Made by a program: the position numbers and the translations under genes. A stretch of DNA of 64,000 nucleotides from Prochlorococcus sp. AG-402-K21 (GTDB lineage: Bacteria; Cyanobacteriota; Cyanobacteriia; PCC-6307; Cyanobiaceae), in contig QCII01000007.1 of assembly GCA_003216775.1 (NCBI GenBank), positions 42,682 through 106,681 of the forward strand, written 5' to 3'. Each line of letters starts with the position of its first letter. Within the stretch, counting starts at the first letter, position 1. Positions 28,252 through 38,613 of the stretch are shown one piece after another. The notes beneath the pieces are model-generated. The model saw only the letters and a program-made list of their open reading frames with translations. It was not told where the DNA came from and searched no databases.

Positions 28252-28644
28252 TTAATCTATTTTTTATAAATTTAAGGTTCTTTTTACTAAATAGTTGTGC
28301 TTTAATTCATAAGAATATTTGAATTGCCATGGTAAAGATAATCTTAGTTGGAATTATTGTCGCGCTTGTATATTCTCAACCTGACCTTCGTCTTACAGTT
28401 GCTGATTGGTTAAAAGCAGCTTCTGATTTTCTTATTGAATCAGTACAAGTAAAACCTTGAATAGAATTTTAAATTAATAGCTAAATAAGACCTGAGACAG
28501 TAATCATTTGTTTAACGCATACAGCAACGAAAATAAATATTATTATCCTGCTTAATAGATATTTCACTTAAACAAATAAATAGTTTTAGGAACATAATAG
28601 AAAATTTTTTTGAAATTTTTGAATAGTTAACGATAATAAGGGAT

Positions 28645-29700
28645 ATGAAGCTTAGATTATTCGAGTTCTATTTTCTAAAAGATTACTTAAGACCATGGTT
28701 AGGTCTTATTTACTCTTTATTTTTCCTGTTTTTTCTTGGTGCAATTGGGTATCGAATAACAGAAGGATGGGAATGGAGTGATTGTTTATGGATGGTTCTG
28801 ATTACAATCACCACTATTGGTTTTGGAGAAGTTCAACCTTTAAGCGCTGAGGGTAGAATCGTCACGGTACTAATAATTGTTGCTGGATTAATTTTTATTC
28901 AATTTACTTTTCAAAAAGCTGTCAGATTATATGATTCTGGCTATTTTCGGAGAGTAAACGAGTTACGTTTTAAAAGAATTCTTAGAAAAATGGAAAATCA
29001 TGTAATTTTGTGCGGCTATGGGAGAGTAGGTCAGGAGATTTCCAACCAAATAAAAGTGCAGAATATCCCAATAATTGTTGTTGAAAGTAATGAAGAAAGA
29101 GCAGATATTGCTGAAGATAATGATCTAGAAGTACTTCGAGGAGATGCAACCCTTGATGAGACTTTAAAAATAGCTGGATTAGAAAAATGCAAAAGCTTGG
29201 TTGTTACTTTGCCTAATGATGCTGCAAATTTATATGTAGTTTTAAGCGCTAAAGGAATAAGAAGCTCTATAAGAGTCATTGCAAGAGCAGGAACTGAAGA
29301 AGCTGCAAGTAAGTTGAGATTAGCTGGTGCAAGTATAGTAGTAAGTCCTTATATCGCTGCAGGAAGGGCCATGGCATCAATGGCTTTAAGACCAATAGCT
29401 ATTGATTTTCTTGATCTGCTTGCAGGAAGTGAATGTGAAATTGAAGAATTTGAATTGAGTAATGATATTAGTCTTTTTGAAACAGCAGAAAAAAGATCAC
29501 TCATCGAACTTGGGATAGGCAAAAAGAGTGGTGCAAAAATATTAGCTATTAAAGAAAATGAAAAATTAATAACCAATCCTGGAGGCAACTTTATTCTTCA
29601 GCCAGGTCAGGTATTAATAGCATTTGGTAGCAAAGAACAGCTTAATATTTTGAACGGCTTATTAGGAAATCTTGTCGTAGCAGTAGAGTTATTAAAATAG
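28645..29700 (+). CDS. two-TM potassium channel with RCK/TrkA domains
   Basis: Pore-like TTIGFGE between two TM helices, Rossmann GYGRVGQ (TrkA-N), C-terminal TrkA-C-like region. Confidence 0.8.
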   Translation: MKLRLFEFYFLKDYLRPWLGLIYSLFFLFFLGAIGYRITEGWEWSDCLWMVLITITTIGFGEVQPLSAEGRIVTVLIIVAGLIFIQFTFQKAVRLYDSGYFRRVNELRFKRILRKMENHVILCGYGRVGQEISNQIKVQNIPIIVVESNEERADIAEDNDLEVLRGDATLDETLKIAGLEKCKSLVVTLPNDAANLYVVLSAKGIRSSIRVIARAGTEEAASKLRLAGASIVVSPYIAAGRAMASMALRPIAIDFLDLLAGSECEIEEFELSNDISLFETAEKRSLIELGIGKKSGAKILAIKENEKLITNPGGNFILQPGQVLIAFGSKEQLNILNGLLGNLVVAVELLK

Positions 29701-29754
29701 ATAGATTGAGATTCAGAATTAATTGCTAACTTGATTGTGGGTGGAATAAATCAA

Positions 29755-30108
29755 ATGAAAATATTTAAATTTCTATTCGTAATTACTGTAATAACTTTAA
29801 TAATTATTTTTCAAACCTCTTTGCAAAATAGATATCTAATGGCTTCTGATATTAGAAATGGACAAACAATTTTTAGAAATGTTTGTGCAGGCTGCCATGT
29901 AAGAGGAGGATCAGTCGTTCTCAAAGGATCTAAATCATTAAAACTTTCCGACCTTGAAAAAAGAGGAATAGCAGATGTAAATTCAATAACAATAATTGCT
30001 AATGAAGGGATTGGTTTTATGAAGGGTTATAAAAATAAATTGAAGGATGGAGAGGATAAGGTTCTTGCACAATGGATTATTCAAAATGCAGAAAAGGGTT
30101 GGGAGTAG
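29755..30108 (+). CDS. petJ: class I c-type cytochrome, cytochrome c6-like
   Basis: Signal peptide, haem motif CAGCH, distal Met in GIGFMKGY. The ORF track starts at TTG 29731; ATG 29755 is more likely. Confidence 0.65.
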   Translation: MKIFKFLFVITVITLIIIFQTSLQNRYLMASDIRNGQTIFRNVCAGCHVRGGSVVLKGSKSLKLSDLEKRGIADVNSITIIANEGIGFMKGYKNKLKDGEDKVLAQWIIQNAEKGWE

Positions 30109-30118
30109 ATGAAAAGTT

Positions 30119-30165
30119 TGCTTCTTTAATATGTTTGTGTGAGGAAAACTAAAGAAGCATTTTTA
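30119..30165 (+). terminator. Rho-independent terminator
   Basis: Perfect 10-bp inverted repeat TGCTTCTTTA/TAAAGAAGCA (21-nt loop) followed by TTTTT. Confidence 0.6.
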
Positions 30166-30180
30166 TATTAAATAAACAGG

Positions 30181-30210
30181 TTTAAGGACAAATTAAAAAG
30201 CTAATAAGAT
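30181..30210 (+). promoter_or_regulatory. possible Pho box upstream of phoB
   Basis: TTTAAGGA-caa-ATTAAAAA has TTAA cores 11 nt apart. The third repeat is degenerate. Confidence 0.3.
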
Positions 30211-30302
30211 CAAATAAAAAATAAGCATTAATTGTAAAGTAAATATGAAATAATTACATCAAATAAATTTGATTATATAAAATTAATTTGTTGGGTTTTC
30301 AA

Positions 30303-31031
30303 ATGACTATTAAAGATCATAAAAGTCTGCAGGGCTCAAAAATTCTTCTTGTAGAGGATGATAAGAGTATTAGGCTGACAGTAAGTGAATCATTGAAAGG
30401 CGAAGGTTTTCAAGTGTTAACTTTTAAAGATGGTTTAAGTGCCTCAGATTTTATTGGCGATAATAATAGAAATGATATAGACCTTATAATTCTTGACTTG
30501 ATGTTGCCAGGTCTTAATGGATTAGAGTTATGCAGAAAAATAAGAAATGAAGAAAATTATACACCTATATTAATTTTAAGTGCTAAAGATAATGAATCAG
30601 ACCGGGTTCTTGGATTAGAGGTTGGTGCTGATGATTATTTAACAAAACCTTTTGGTTTAAATGAATTAATTGCCAGATCAAGAGCCTTAATAAGAAGATC
30701 TAAACGTAATAAAAAAAGTTTAGAAAACTCAAAAACCGTCATAGAGTTTAATCATATAAAAATGTTTCTGGAAGAATGTAGGGTAACTTCTTTCGATAGA
30801 GAAATAACATTATCTCCAAAAGAATTTAAATTATTAGAATTATTTATGAAAAATCCTAAAAGGGTATGGTCAAGAGATTTAATACTTGAAAAAATATGGG
30901 AAATTGATTTTATCGGTGATACTAAAACTGTAGATGTGCATGTTAGGTGGCTCAGAGAGAAATTAGAAGAAGATCCCTCAGCTCCAAAGTTTCTTAAAAC
31001 TGTTAGAGGCTTTGGATATAAGTTTGGATGA
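30303..31031 (+). CDS. phoB: phosphate-regulon response regulator (OmpR family)
   Basis: Receiver domain (DLIILDLMLPGLNG, acceptor Asp) plus winged-helix output (TVRGFGYKF). Adjacent to phoR and the pst genes. Confidence 0.85.
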   Translation: MTIKDHKSLQGSKILLVEDDKSIRLTVSESLKGEGFQVLTFKDGLSASDFIGDNNRNDIDLIILDLMLPGLNGLELCRKIRNEENYTPILILSAKDNESDRVLGLEVGADDYLTKPFGLNELIARSRALIRRSKRNKKSLENSKTVIEFNHIKMFLEECRVTSFDREITLSPKEFKLLELFMKNPKRVWSRDLILEKIWEIDFIGDTKTVDVHVRWLREKLEEDPSAPKFLKTVRGFGYKFG

Positions 31032-32179
31032 AAATGAAAACGCTACAAGGGGTATTAACTTTCTTTTATGAGAAATGGAAAACCAAGGTTAAAGGATTTT
31101 CAAAAAATAATAAAAATATTGAATTAACTAAGAACCAACAAATTTTTGATTTTCCATTTGATAAAGTTAAACCAAAGCAAATTTTATCTTGGTTAGATTA
31201 TTCATCTCAAGGATGGATGATTTTGTCATCTGATCTAACAATAAAATTTATCAATCAGAAAGGTTTATCTCTCATTAAGTTTATTAAATATAAAGATGTT
31301 ATTGGAAAAGCAATTAATGATATTAATGAGCTCGAAGTACTAAGAAATAAGATTTTATATTCAAGAAAAAAAGATTTCCCAATCAGCCTAGATTGCATTA
31401 TTTCGGGGGAACCCATTTCTGTAAATATTGTTAGAGCAAGGAAAAAAAATTATTTAATATTGTTGGAGAGTAAATTATCAATTGAATCCATAAAAAAAAG
31501 ACAGAATCAATTAATCAATGATGTGTCTCATGAACTGAAAACACCTCTTACATCTCTTATTTTGATAGGCGAAAGACTGGAAGCAGTAGTATCAAAGAAA
31601 GATAGATATCTTGTTAAAAGACTTAAGAAAGAATCTAAAAGATTAAGAAAAATGGTCGAAGAAACTTTAGAACTTTCTAAGCTAGAAAGTAACGACGCTC
31701 TTCAAGAAAATAAAAAAGTATCTATTTCAGATTTAGTTATGGAATCTTGGCAAACCATAAAACCACTTGCAGAAAAAAAAGATGTAAAAATAAATTTACT
31801 GATACCAACAAAATATTTTATATCTGGTGATATTGAAAATTTAAAAAGAGCTTTTATAAATATTTTGGACAATGCTATTCGTTATTCCCCAGCTAATGAA
31901 GAAATTCAAATTGAAATTTTTAAAAGAGATAGCTCTGTTGTTATAAGAGTTAGAGATAAAGGTATTGGATTAGAAGAAAATGAATTTAATGATATTTTCT
32001 CTCGTTTTTATAGAGGTGATCCATCAAGGACAAAATTCAAGAAAAGTGGTAGTGGTTTAGGTCTTTCAATAACAAAAAAAATAATCAACAACAATAAAGG
32101 TTTTATAAAGGCTTTTAATCATAAGGATGGTGGAGCAATTTTTGAAACTATCTTTCCTTGTCTTAATACAGATTTATAG
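31028..32179 (+). CDS. phoR: phosphate-regulon sensor histidine kinase
   Basis: H-box SHELKTPLTS, N box NILDNAIRYS, G boxes DKGIGL and GSGLGLS. ATGA overlap with phoB. Confidence 0.85.
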   Translation: MKMKTLQGVLTFFYEKWKTKVKGFSKNNKNIELTKNQQIFDFPFDKVKPKQILSWLDYSSQGWMILSSDLTIKFINQKGLSLIKFIKYKDVIGKAINDINELEVLRNKILYSRKKDFPISLDCIISGEPISVNIVRARKKNYLILLESKLSIESIKKRQNQLINDVSHELKTPLTSLILIGERLEAVVSKKDRYLVKRLKKESKRLRKMVEETLELSKLESNDALQENKKVSISDLVMESWQTIKPLAEKKDVKINLLIPTKYFISGDIENLKRAFINILDNAIRYSPANEEIQIEIFKRDSSVVIRVRDKGIGLEENEFNDIFSRFYRGDPSRTKFKKSGSGLGLSITKKIINNNKGFIKAFNHKDGGAIFETIFPCLNTDL

Positions 32180-32183
32180 GATG

Positions 32184-32215
32184 GAAAAAAAAGACCTCCA
32201 ATCTGGAGGTCTTTT
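32184..32215. terminator. bidirectional Rho-independent terminator between phoR and the porin gene
   Basis: A8, then perfect 9-bp stem AGACCTCCA/TGGAGGTCT with a 3-nt loop, then TTT. Confidence 0.8.
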
Positions 32216-32232
32216 GAACATTGTTATTCTGA

Positions 32233-33573
32233 TTAGAATTTGAATGATGTAATTATACCAATCCCAGTATCATCATCACCGGTTTGCTCAACAACATAAA
32301 CAAATGGAGTAATAGTCATAGCATCGTTTAATGGATAAGAGTAACTAACGTCGTAAGCGTATAGCTCTGTTTGTGAATCCGTGTAACCAGATTTTGTTCC
32401 CAATGATGCTGATAGGTTACCCTCACCAAGATCGGAAGAGAGACCTACTACATATTGAGTAGTATTTTCTGAAGATGATTCAGGATTTCCAAATTCAACA
32501 CCACCGCTTATTGTTGGGAACCCATCTGGAGTATAAGCAGCTGTAGCCCCCCAGTATGAAGCATTATCTTTATCAGAGTAAGCAAGAGTTACAGCATAAT
32601 TATCTGATGAGTATCCGAGAGCAGCCCCGTAGTAATCAGCTCCTTCCTTAGTGAACATACCTTTTGCAGTTTCACCATCATTTGCTGAAACACCGATACC
32701 TACATCCCATCCATCTCCAAAACTTCTGCCAGCACTAAAAGAAATATCTCCTGATAGATCAACAGAGTTTGCAGCTCCACAATCTCCTAATGCATCAACG
32801 ATGTTGTTTACTGCACAGGCATTTGGCCAGTTTTTGGAAGCATCCATTGACTCACCAACGGATAATTTCCATTCTCCTACAGGGAAAGTGTAGTTAATAT
32901 CTTCGATTCTTAAAGCATCTGATGCGGGCTCTCCGAAATCGAGAACTTCACCTACAGTCCTCCCAGTATCACTGTTTGCAGAAGTGATTTGGTTCCCTGA
33001 TGATATCTCAACGTTTAATTTGTCTTCACCAGTAAAAGATGTATTTAAATCGAATGAGTAATGATAGTGAGCCATAACAGCTTCATCACTATCAGTACCA
33101 CCATTACTGGAGGCACCGATCAAGAATTCACCTACACCTTTAAAAGTAGTAGTTTCTGAGAAACTGCCAGCTTCAATTCCATTAACACGAGCTTCAAGGC
33201 CATCCACTCTTCCTTTCATAATTGCCAACTCAGAACCAAGCTCATCACTTAACCTGTCTATTGCAGCGCCGTTCATTAAGCCTTCACCACCTGCAATTAG
33301 ATTACTTAATTCAGCAGCAGCTTCTAAACGAGAGACTGAGTTTCCATTGAATTTTGGACTATTTGTAAGATCCTTTAATGAATCGTAAGCCCAATCTCCT
33401 GGGAATAAAGTATCTGATTTAAAATCGCCTAAAGATACTAAATCATTAGAATTTGAATAATCACTAAGATCTGTTGAATTGATCTCAGCTGCGTTTATTG
33501 CGAAACCTGATGCCAAAGAAATTAAGGCAGGAGCAGCAATTAATTTTTGAAAAAGTTTCATGAACCTCAACAC
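32233..33573 (-). CDS. cyanobacterial Som-type outer-membrane porin (called phoE in the Prochlorococcus P-stress literature)
   Basis: Signal peptide, SLH-like N-terminal motif (GDWAYDSLKDL), coiled linker, Gly/Ser/Tyr-rich beta-barrel ending in F. Confidence 0.8.
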   Translation of the reverse strand: MLRFMKLFQKLIAAPALISLASGFAINAAEINSTDLSDYSNSNDLVSLGDFKSDTLFPGDWAYDSLKDLTNSPKFNGNSVSRLEAAAELSNLIAGGEGLMNGAAIDRLSDELGSELAIMKGRVDGLEARVNGIEAGSFSETTTFKGVGEFLIGASSNGGTDSDEAVMAHYHYSFDLNTSFTGEDKLNVEISSGNQITSANSDTGRTVGEVLDFGEPASDALRIEDINYTFPVGEWKLSVGESMDASKNWPNACAVNNIVDALGDCGAANSVDLSGDISFSAGRSFGDGWDVGIGVSANDGETAKGMFTKEGADYYGAALGYSSDNYAVTLAYSDKDNASYWGATAAYTPDGFPTISGGVEFGNPESSSENTTQYVVGLSSDLGEGNLSASLGTKSGYTDSQTELYAYDVSYSYPLNDAMTITPFVYVVEQTGDDDTGIGIITSFKF

Positions 33574-33607
33574 GTAAAAATGGATATAAATCCATATTTA
33601 TGAGAAC

Positions 33608-33640
33608 GGATTAAGGTTAAGAAACGGGTAAGAAATAAAG
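33608..33640 (-). promoter_or_regulatory. Pho-box-like repeats upstream of the porin gene
   Basis: Minus strand reads CTTACCCG-ttt-CTTAACCT (11-nt phasing, PyTTAAPyPy-type), followed by a CATAAAT -10-like element. Confidence 0.5.
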
Positions 33641-33798
33641 TCAAAAAGAAAGATTTAAATAGACCTTAAACTACTCTTAAATTGAGAAAAAAAAATTACA
33701 TATTTTTCATGATTGTTTGTATAAATGTTAAAAATCAACCTAAGTTTATTTTTAAATATTTTCAAAACCAAACGAAAAAAGCTCTAATCAAGATTTAG

Positions 33799-33828
33799 TT
33801 TAAGAGAGGGTTAAGAACTAATTAATTA
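33799..33828 (+). promoter_or_regulatory. Pho box upstream of pstS
   Basis: TTTAAGAG-agg-GTTAAGAA-cta-ATTAATTA, with three TTAA cores exactly 11 nt apart. Confidence 0.55.
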
Positions 33829-33902
33829 AAAGATAAACTTTTAATTTAGATAGTATTTGTGTTCAAATTAAGTGCTATAAAGATGTTGTCTTTCGTTAAT
33901 TC

Positions 33903-34898
33903 ATGAAATCAATGAACATAGCTAAGAAAGCTTTGGTCTTTACTTCTGCAGTAGCCATTGCTGCTAGTACAAGTGTTCCTGGTACAAGTGTTTCTGCTAG
34001 AACAAGATTAAGTGGTGCTGGAGCATCATTTCCTGCCAAAATTTACACTAGATGGTTTTTTGATCTAGCAAAATCAGGCGGACCAAGAGTTAATTATCAA
34101 GCTGTCGGCTCTGGTTCTGGAAGAAAAGCATTTATTGATCAAACTGTTAACTTTGGTGCATCAGATGATCCAATGAAAGATAAAGATATAGCAAAGGTTA
34201 CCAGAGGTTTAGTACAGATACCTATGGTTGGTGGAACTATTGCTTTCGGTTACAACTATGATTGCGATTTGAAACTTTCCCAAGAGAAAGCAGTACAAGT
34301 TGCTATGGGAATGATTAAAGATTGGAAAGAATTAGGTTGTAAACCAGGGAAATTGACCTGGACTCATCGCTCTGATGGATCAGGTACAACTAAAGCCTTT
34401 ACAAACTCTATGGAAGCGTTTTCGAAAACCTGGACATTAGGTACTGGTAAGTCTGTAAAATGGCCGGCAGGCGTTGGAGCAAAAGGTAATTCTGGCGTAG
34501 CTGGAGTTATACAAAATACTCCTGGTGCAATTGGTTATGTTAACCAGTCTTATATAAAAGGTAATGTTAAGGCCGCTGCACTCCAAAATCTTTCTGGAGA
34601 ATATGTAAAGCCTACAGTTGAAGCAGGAGCAAAAGCTCTTAATGGTATTACTTTAGATGAAAATCTTGCTGGTAAGAACCCTAATCCAACGGCAAAAGGA
34701 GCGTACCCTATCGCTTCATTGACATGGATACTCGCCTATGAAGAAGGTAATGGTAGAAACACTAAAGCAATCAAAGAAGCCTTTAATACATTGTTAAGTG
34801 ATGAGTATCAAGACAAAGCTCCATCACTAGGATTTGTTCCTTTGAAAGGCGAAATTCTTGAGAAATCAAGAGCTGCAGTAAAAAGAATCGGTAAATAA
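33903..34898 (+). CDS. pstS: phosphate ABC transporter substrate-binding protein
   Basis: Signal peptide, then GAGASFP, YQAVGSGSG and SDGSGTT motifs of PstS. Confidence 0.92.
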   Translation: MKSMNIAKKALVFTSAVAIAASTSVPGTSVSARTRLSGAGASFPAKIYTRWFFDLAKSGGPRVNYQAVGSGSGRKAFIDQTVNFGASDDPMKDKDIAKVTRGLVQIPMVGGTIAFGYNYDCDLKLSQEKAVQVAMGMIKDWKELGCKPGKLTWTHRSDGSGTTKAFTNSMEAFSKTWTLGTGKSVKWPAGVGAKGNSGVAGVIQNTPGAIGYVNQSYIKGNVKAAALQNLSGEYVKPTVEAGAKALNGITLDENLAGKNPNPTAKGAYPIASLTWILAYEEGNGRNTKAIKEAFNTLLSDEYQDKAPSLGFVPLKGEILEKSRAAVKRIGK

Positions 34899-34918
34899 AT
34901 CGTAAGACAAACATTTAA

Positions 34919-34946
34919 AAGGGGGAATTTATTTCCTCCTTTTTTT
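34919..34946. terminator. bidirectional terminator between pstS and chrA
   Basis: 9-bp stem AAGGGGGAA/TTCCTCCTT (one G-U), 5-nt loop, T-run. Confidence 0.65.
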
Positions 34947-36171
34947 ATGCAAAAAAATATTTTGATAAACCTAATATTAAAGAAAAGAGAATAAGTATGT
35001 ATGTTGGAACTAATTTTAAAAACGATAATACTGTGGAGATTAAAACTATAAAAATAGAGCTAATTAAAAAGAATTTTGATGAAAAACTATCTTCAATTAA
35101 ATTAAAGCCAGAGAAAATAACTGCTCCAGGAATTGTATTGATGACTCCTTCGATAAAGTAATTAATCGATTTAATTCTGTTTTTTATGAAGCCTTTCCCA
35201 AAAACAAAAATCAATAAAAAGCTTGGTAAAAAAATTGCAAAAGTTGATATAAATGAATACTTTAAAGCTTCATTTATTCCTCCGATCGTAAACCCAGCTT
35301 TGTATCCAATAAAACTTGTAGTTAATAAGACAGGACCAGGTGTTATCTGGCCAATCATTATCCCATCAATAAATTCATTATTTGTTAACCATCCTTGTGA
35401 GACAACATAATCACTCATTAGAGGAATGATTACTAGTCCCCCTCCAAAAATAAAAAGTCCCGATTTGAAGAAGAAAATAAACAGATTAAGATAATTTATT
35501 AAAAACTTTGAGTTTAAAGAATCCTTCAAAAAATTATAGAATTTAAAAATATCTAAAAAGAGTGTACTACTCAAAAATGAGGTTGTTGAAAATATAGATA
35601 AAGGGATCAAGCTGTAAAAATTATCTTTGAATTTCCGTAATAATATATTTATCAATCCTGCAATAGTAAGAATTGTTATGAGTGGAAATTGAATACTATT
35701 ATATTTGGCAAATATAAGTAGAAATAATATTGAGCTAGAGAATAATATTCGATCAAACTTTAATCTTTTTTTTAATAGAACTAAAGAGAATGAAAAAATA
35801 ATTCCTGCAATAATAGGAGGATTGAAATAAATTAAATCTGTTAAGAATTTTGATCCTGATCCAATTTGCCAAAAAATACTAAGAGCTAATACCGAAACGA
35901 ATCCTGGGATAATGAAACTTATACCGGATACCAATCCACCAAGATATCCATTAATTTTAAGACCTATATATATTGCTAATTGAGTAGATATTGGACCTGG
36001 AAGTATTTGACATAATCCAATTCCTTTTTCAAAAGATTGAGTTGAAATCAATTTTTTATTATTTATAAGTTCATCTTCGAATAAGGAAATATGAGCATAC
36101 GGTCCTCCAAAACTTAAAATACCAATTTTTAGGAAAATTTTTGCAAGTTCAATTAAGGATATTTTTGCCAT
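34945..36171 (-). CDS. chrA: chromate ion transporter (CHR family, two-domain)
   Basis: 408-aa polytopic protein with duplicated CHR motifs (SFGGPYAHI..., GPISTQLA and FGGGLVIIP..., TPGPVLLT). Confidence 0.8.
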   Translation of the reverse strand: MAKISLIELAKIFLKIGILSFGGPYAHISLFEDELINNKKLISTQSFEKGIGLCQILPGPISTQLAIYIGLKINGYLGGLVSGISFIIPGFVSVLALSIFWQIGSGSKFLTDLIYFNPPIIAGIIFSFSLVLLKKRLKFDRILFSSSILFLLIFAKYNSIQFPLITILTIAGLINILLRKFKDNFYSLIPLSIFSTTSFLSSTLFLDIFKFYNFLKDSLNSKFLINYLNLFIFFFKSGLFIFGGGLVIIPLMSDYVVSQGWLTNNEFIDGIMIGQITPGPVLLTTSFIGYKAGFTIGGINEALKYSFISTFAIFLPSFLLIFVFGKGFIKNRIKSINYFIEGVINTIPGAVIFSGFNLIEDSFSSKFFLISSIFIVLISTVLSFLKLVPTYILILFSLILGLSKYFFA

Positions 36172-36201
36172 TTAAATATTCTAATTTCAAAAAATTAGTT
36201 T

Positions 36202-37461
36202 TTATGGTGATGATAAGCTTTGTTTGATTGATGGTAATTTAAGACTCGAAATCCAAGATAATAATATTAGAAGTGATGAAAAATAAAGACAATATTGAAG
36301 ACCAATACTCGGATTTCTTCCAATCATAAATAGTAAGCCAGATAGTAATGTTCCAACTAGTCTTCCAGCAGCATTTGCCATGTAATAGAAGCCAACATTT
36401 AAACTGACTTTTTCATTATCAGAGTAGGCCAAAATCATATAAGAATGTGTAGAGGAATTCATTGCAAAAACAAATCCAAAAATAGTAAGTCCTAAAATTA
36501 TTGCTATCGATGGAGAACTTTCTCTCCATAATGCGACTCCTATCAAAGATGGTACTACCATTAATACGGCACTCCAAAATTGGATAGCTTTACGATCTGG
36601 ACTTTCTTTCTGGCCCCATATCTTTCTAATTGCTGGAGCCGAAGCCTGAACAATTCCATAACCTATTACCCAGGCCCCAAGAAATAATCCTATTTCCATG
36701 TAGTCCCAACCAAAGGCCATATCTAGGAATACTGGAAGAGCTACAACAAACCAAACATCTCTCGCTCCAAAAAGAAAAAATCTTGCTGCTGAAAGAATAT
36801 TTATTGCATTTGATTTTGAAAAAAGATCATTAAAAGCTGGTTTGGTTTTCATCTTGCCAATTTCTCCAGGCAAAATTAATGTCAATAAAAAGGCTAAGCA
36901 GAGTCCAAAACCCATAATTCCTACAGCATTATTGAATCCAAATAACTTATATAAAAGTCCACCTAAGAAAAAGCCAACTCCCTTAAGAGCATTTTTAGAT
37001 CCAGTTAAAATAGCAACCCATTTAAAAAGTTGTTTTTGGCCAGTATCATTGCCATCATTTGTCTCTGGAACTACTGTCTTAACAGCACTTTTAGCACTCA
37101 TTTTGTTTAAATCTTTTGCTATCCCACTAACTGCTTGAGCAACCATAACGTATGCGACACTAAAAATTATCGGCCAATCTTCCTTAACTGGAATAAGCAT
37201 AAAAAGAGCGATGATTTGCAGGATAGTCCCAATCCACAAAGTAAGCCTTAATCCATATCTTGCTCCTATCCAACCACCATAAAGATTAGTAATTATCCCA
37301 AAAAACTCATAAAAAAGGAAAAGTAAAGCAATTTGAAGAGTTGTGTAACCTAGCTCATGAAAGTGCCCAACAACTAATAATCTTAATGCGCCGTCAGTAA
37401 GCGTGAATGCCCAATAGTTTGCTGTTACGACACTATATTGTTGAATATTAGATAACTTCAT
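36202..37461 (-). CDS. arsJ: MFS transporter, ArsJ-like (organoarsenical efflux partner of GAPDH)
   Basis: 419-aa 12-TM-type MFS protein directly downstream of a GAPDH gene and next to arsR, which is the arrangement described for ArsJ systems. Confidence 0.6.
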   Translation of the reverse strand: MKLSNIQQYSVVTANYWAFTLTDGALRLLVVGHFHELGYTTLQIALLFLFYEFFGIITNLYGGWIGARYGLRLTLWIGTILQIIALFMLIPVKEDWPIIFSVAYVMVAQAVSGIAKDLNKMSAKSAVKTVVPETNDGNDTGQKQLFKWVAILTGSKNALKGVGFFLGGLLYKLFGFNNAVGIMGFGLCLAFLLTLILPGEIGKMKTKPAFNDLFSKSNAINILSAARFFLFGARDVWFVVALPVFLDMAFGWDYMEIGLFLGAWVIGYGIVQASAPAIRKIWGQKESPDRKAIQFWSAVLMVVPSLIGVALWRESSPSIAIILGLTIFGFVFAMNSSTHSYMILAYSDNEKVSLNVGFYYMANAAGRLVGTLLSGLLFMIGRNPSIGLQYCLYFSSLLILLSWISSLKLPSIKQSLSSP

Positions 37462-37472
37462 AAAGACATAAA

Positions 37473-38495
37473 TTAAATCTCTTTTTTGATTACATATTCA
37501 GTAAGATCTGCAAGTCTGCAGCTGTAACCCCACTCGTTGTCATACCAAGCGTATATCTTTAATAAATTTGAATTAACAACCATAGTTGATAAACTATCAA
37601 CTATTGAACTTCTAGAGTCATTTACATAATCTGCAGAAACTAAAGGCCTTTCTTCGTAGCCAAGAATTCCTTTTAAATAAGTTTCTGAAGCTTCCTTTAG
37701 TGCCATATTCACTTGTTCAGTTGTCACTTCTTTATTTAATTCAAAAACTGCATCTGTTAAAGAACCATTAAGTAGAGGAACTCTTACTGCATGTCCATTT
37801 AATTTTCCTTTTAATTCTGGAAAGATCTCAGCGATAGCTTTAGCAGATCCAGTGGTAGTAGGTATTAAACTTTGCATACATCCTCTTGCTCTCCTCAGAT
37901 CACTTTTATAAAAATCTACAGGAACTTGAGTGTTCGTTACATCGTGAATAGTTGTAATAGCACCGTGTTTAATAGAAAAATTTTCATTAATTACCTTTAC
38001 TATCGGAGCTAAACAATTTGTAGTGCAGGATGCTGCAGTTACTAATTTATGTTTGGAAGGGTCATAAAGACTTTGATTTATACCGTAAACAATATTCAGT
38101 GATTCAGCTTCTGCAACAATTCCTTTGACTGGACAAGCTACTATTACTCTTTTCATCCCAAGAGTATCAAAATAGGGATTTAGTTTGTCTGGCTTTTTAT
38201 TCTTTCCTGTACATTCCAAAATAATATCTACAGAAGATTTTTCCCAAGGAACATCAAGGTAATTTTTAAAAGATGTGTAGGTTAATTTCTTTCCATCTAC
38301 TATTATTTCTTCTTCTTTAACCTTTATATCTTTCACCCATCTACCATGGACTGAATCGAATTCGAGTAAATGCGCAGCAGCATTCGAATCTCCTGCTATC
38401 TCATTTATATGAGTTATTTCTATATCAGCTCTGTCCCATAATGCTCTGAAAACTAATCTGCCAATTCTTCCAAAACCATTAATTCCAATTTTCAT
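37473..38495 (-). CDS. gap1: glyceraldehyde-3-phosphate dehydrogenase (accessory copy)
   Basis: [11 protein letters not shown] motif, catalytic [20 protein letters not shown]-terminal motif. Confidence 0.9.
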   Translation of the reverse strand: MKIGINGFGRIGRLVFRALWDRADIEITHINEIAGDSNAAAHLLEFDSVHGRWVKDIKVKEEEIIVDGKKLTYTSFKNYLDVPWEKSSVDIILECTGKNKKPDKLNPYFDTLGMKRVIVACPVKGIVAEAESLNIVYGINQSLYDPSKHKLVTAASCTTNCLAPIVKVINENFSIKHGAITTIHDVTNTQVPVDFYKSDLRRARGCMQSLIPTTTGSAKAIAEIFPELKGKLNGHAVRVPLLNGSLTDAVFELNKEVTTEQVNMALKEASETYLKGILGYEERPLVSADYVNDSRSSIVDSLSTMVVNSNLLKIYAWYDNEWGYSCRLADLTEYVIKKEI

Positions 38496-38525
38496 AACTG
38501 TTGAAATTTTCTATATAAATTATAT

Positions 38526-38559
38526 ATCAAAATATTTTGATGTATCAAGATGTTTTGAT
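38526..38559. promoter_or_regulatory. tandem palindromic operators in the gap1/arsR divergent intergenic region
   Basis: Perfect 16-bp palindrome ATCAAAATATTTTGAT (38526-38541), followed 2 nt later by ATCAAGATGTTTTGAT (38544-38559). Confidence 0.5.
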
Positions 38560-38613
38560 TAATGAAATCTTTTTTATTTAAGCTATATTTAGGAAAATTT
38601 ACTTACTTTAAAA

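Noticed and set aside
16250-28640. Integrative element (tycheposon, prophage remnant or ICE) as the explanation for the islet
   Set aside because: Scanning by eye for T-loop-like GGTTCRAWTCC strings on both strands gave no tRNA. I saw no tyrosine or serine recombinase, primase or helicase, capsid or terminase-like ORF, and no flanking direct repeats. I cannot exclude elements whose ends lie outside the islet.
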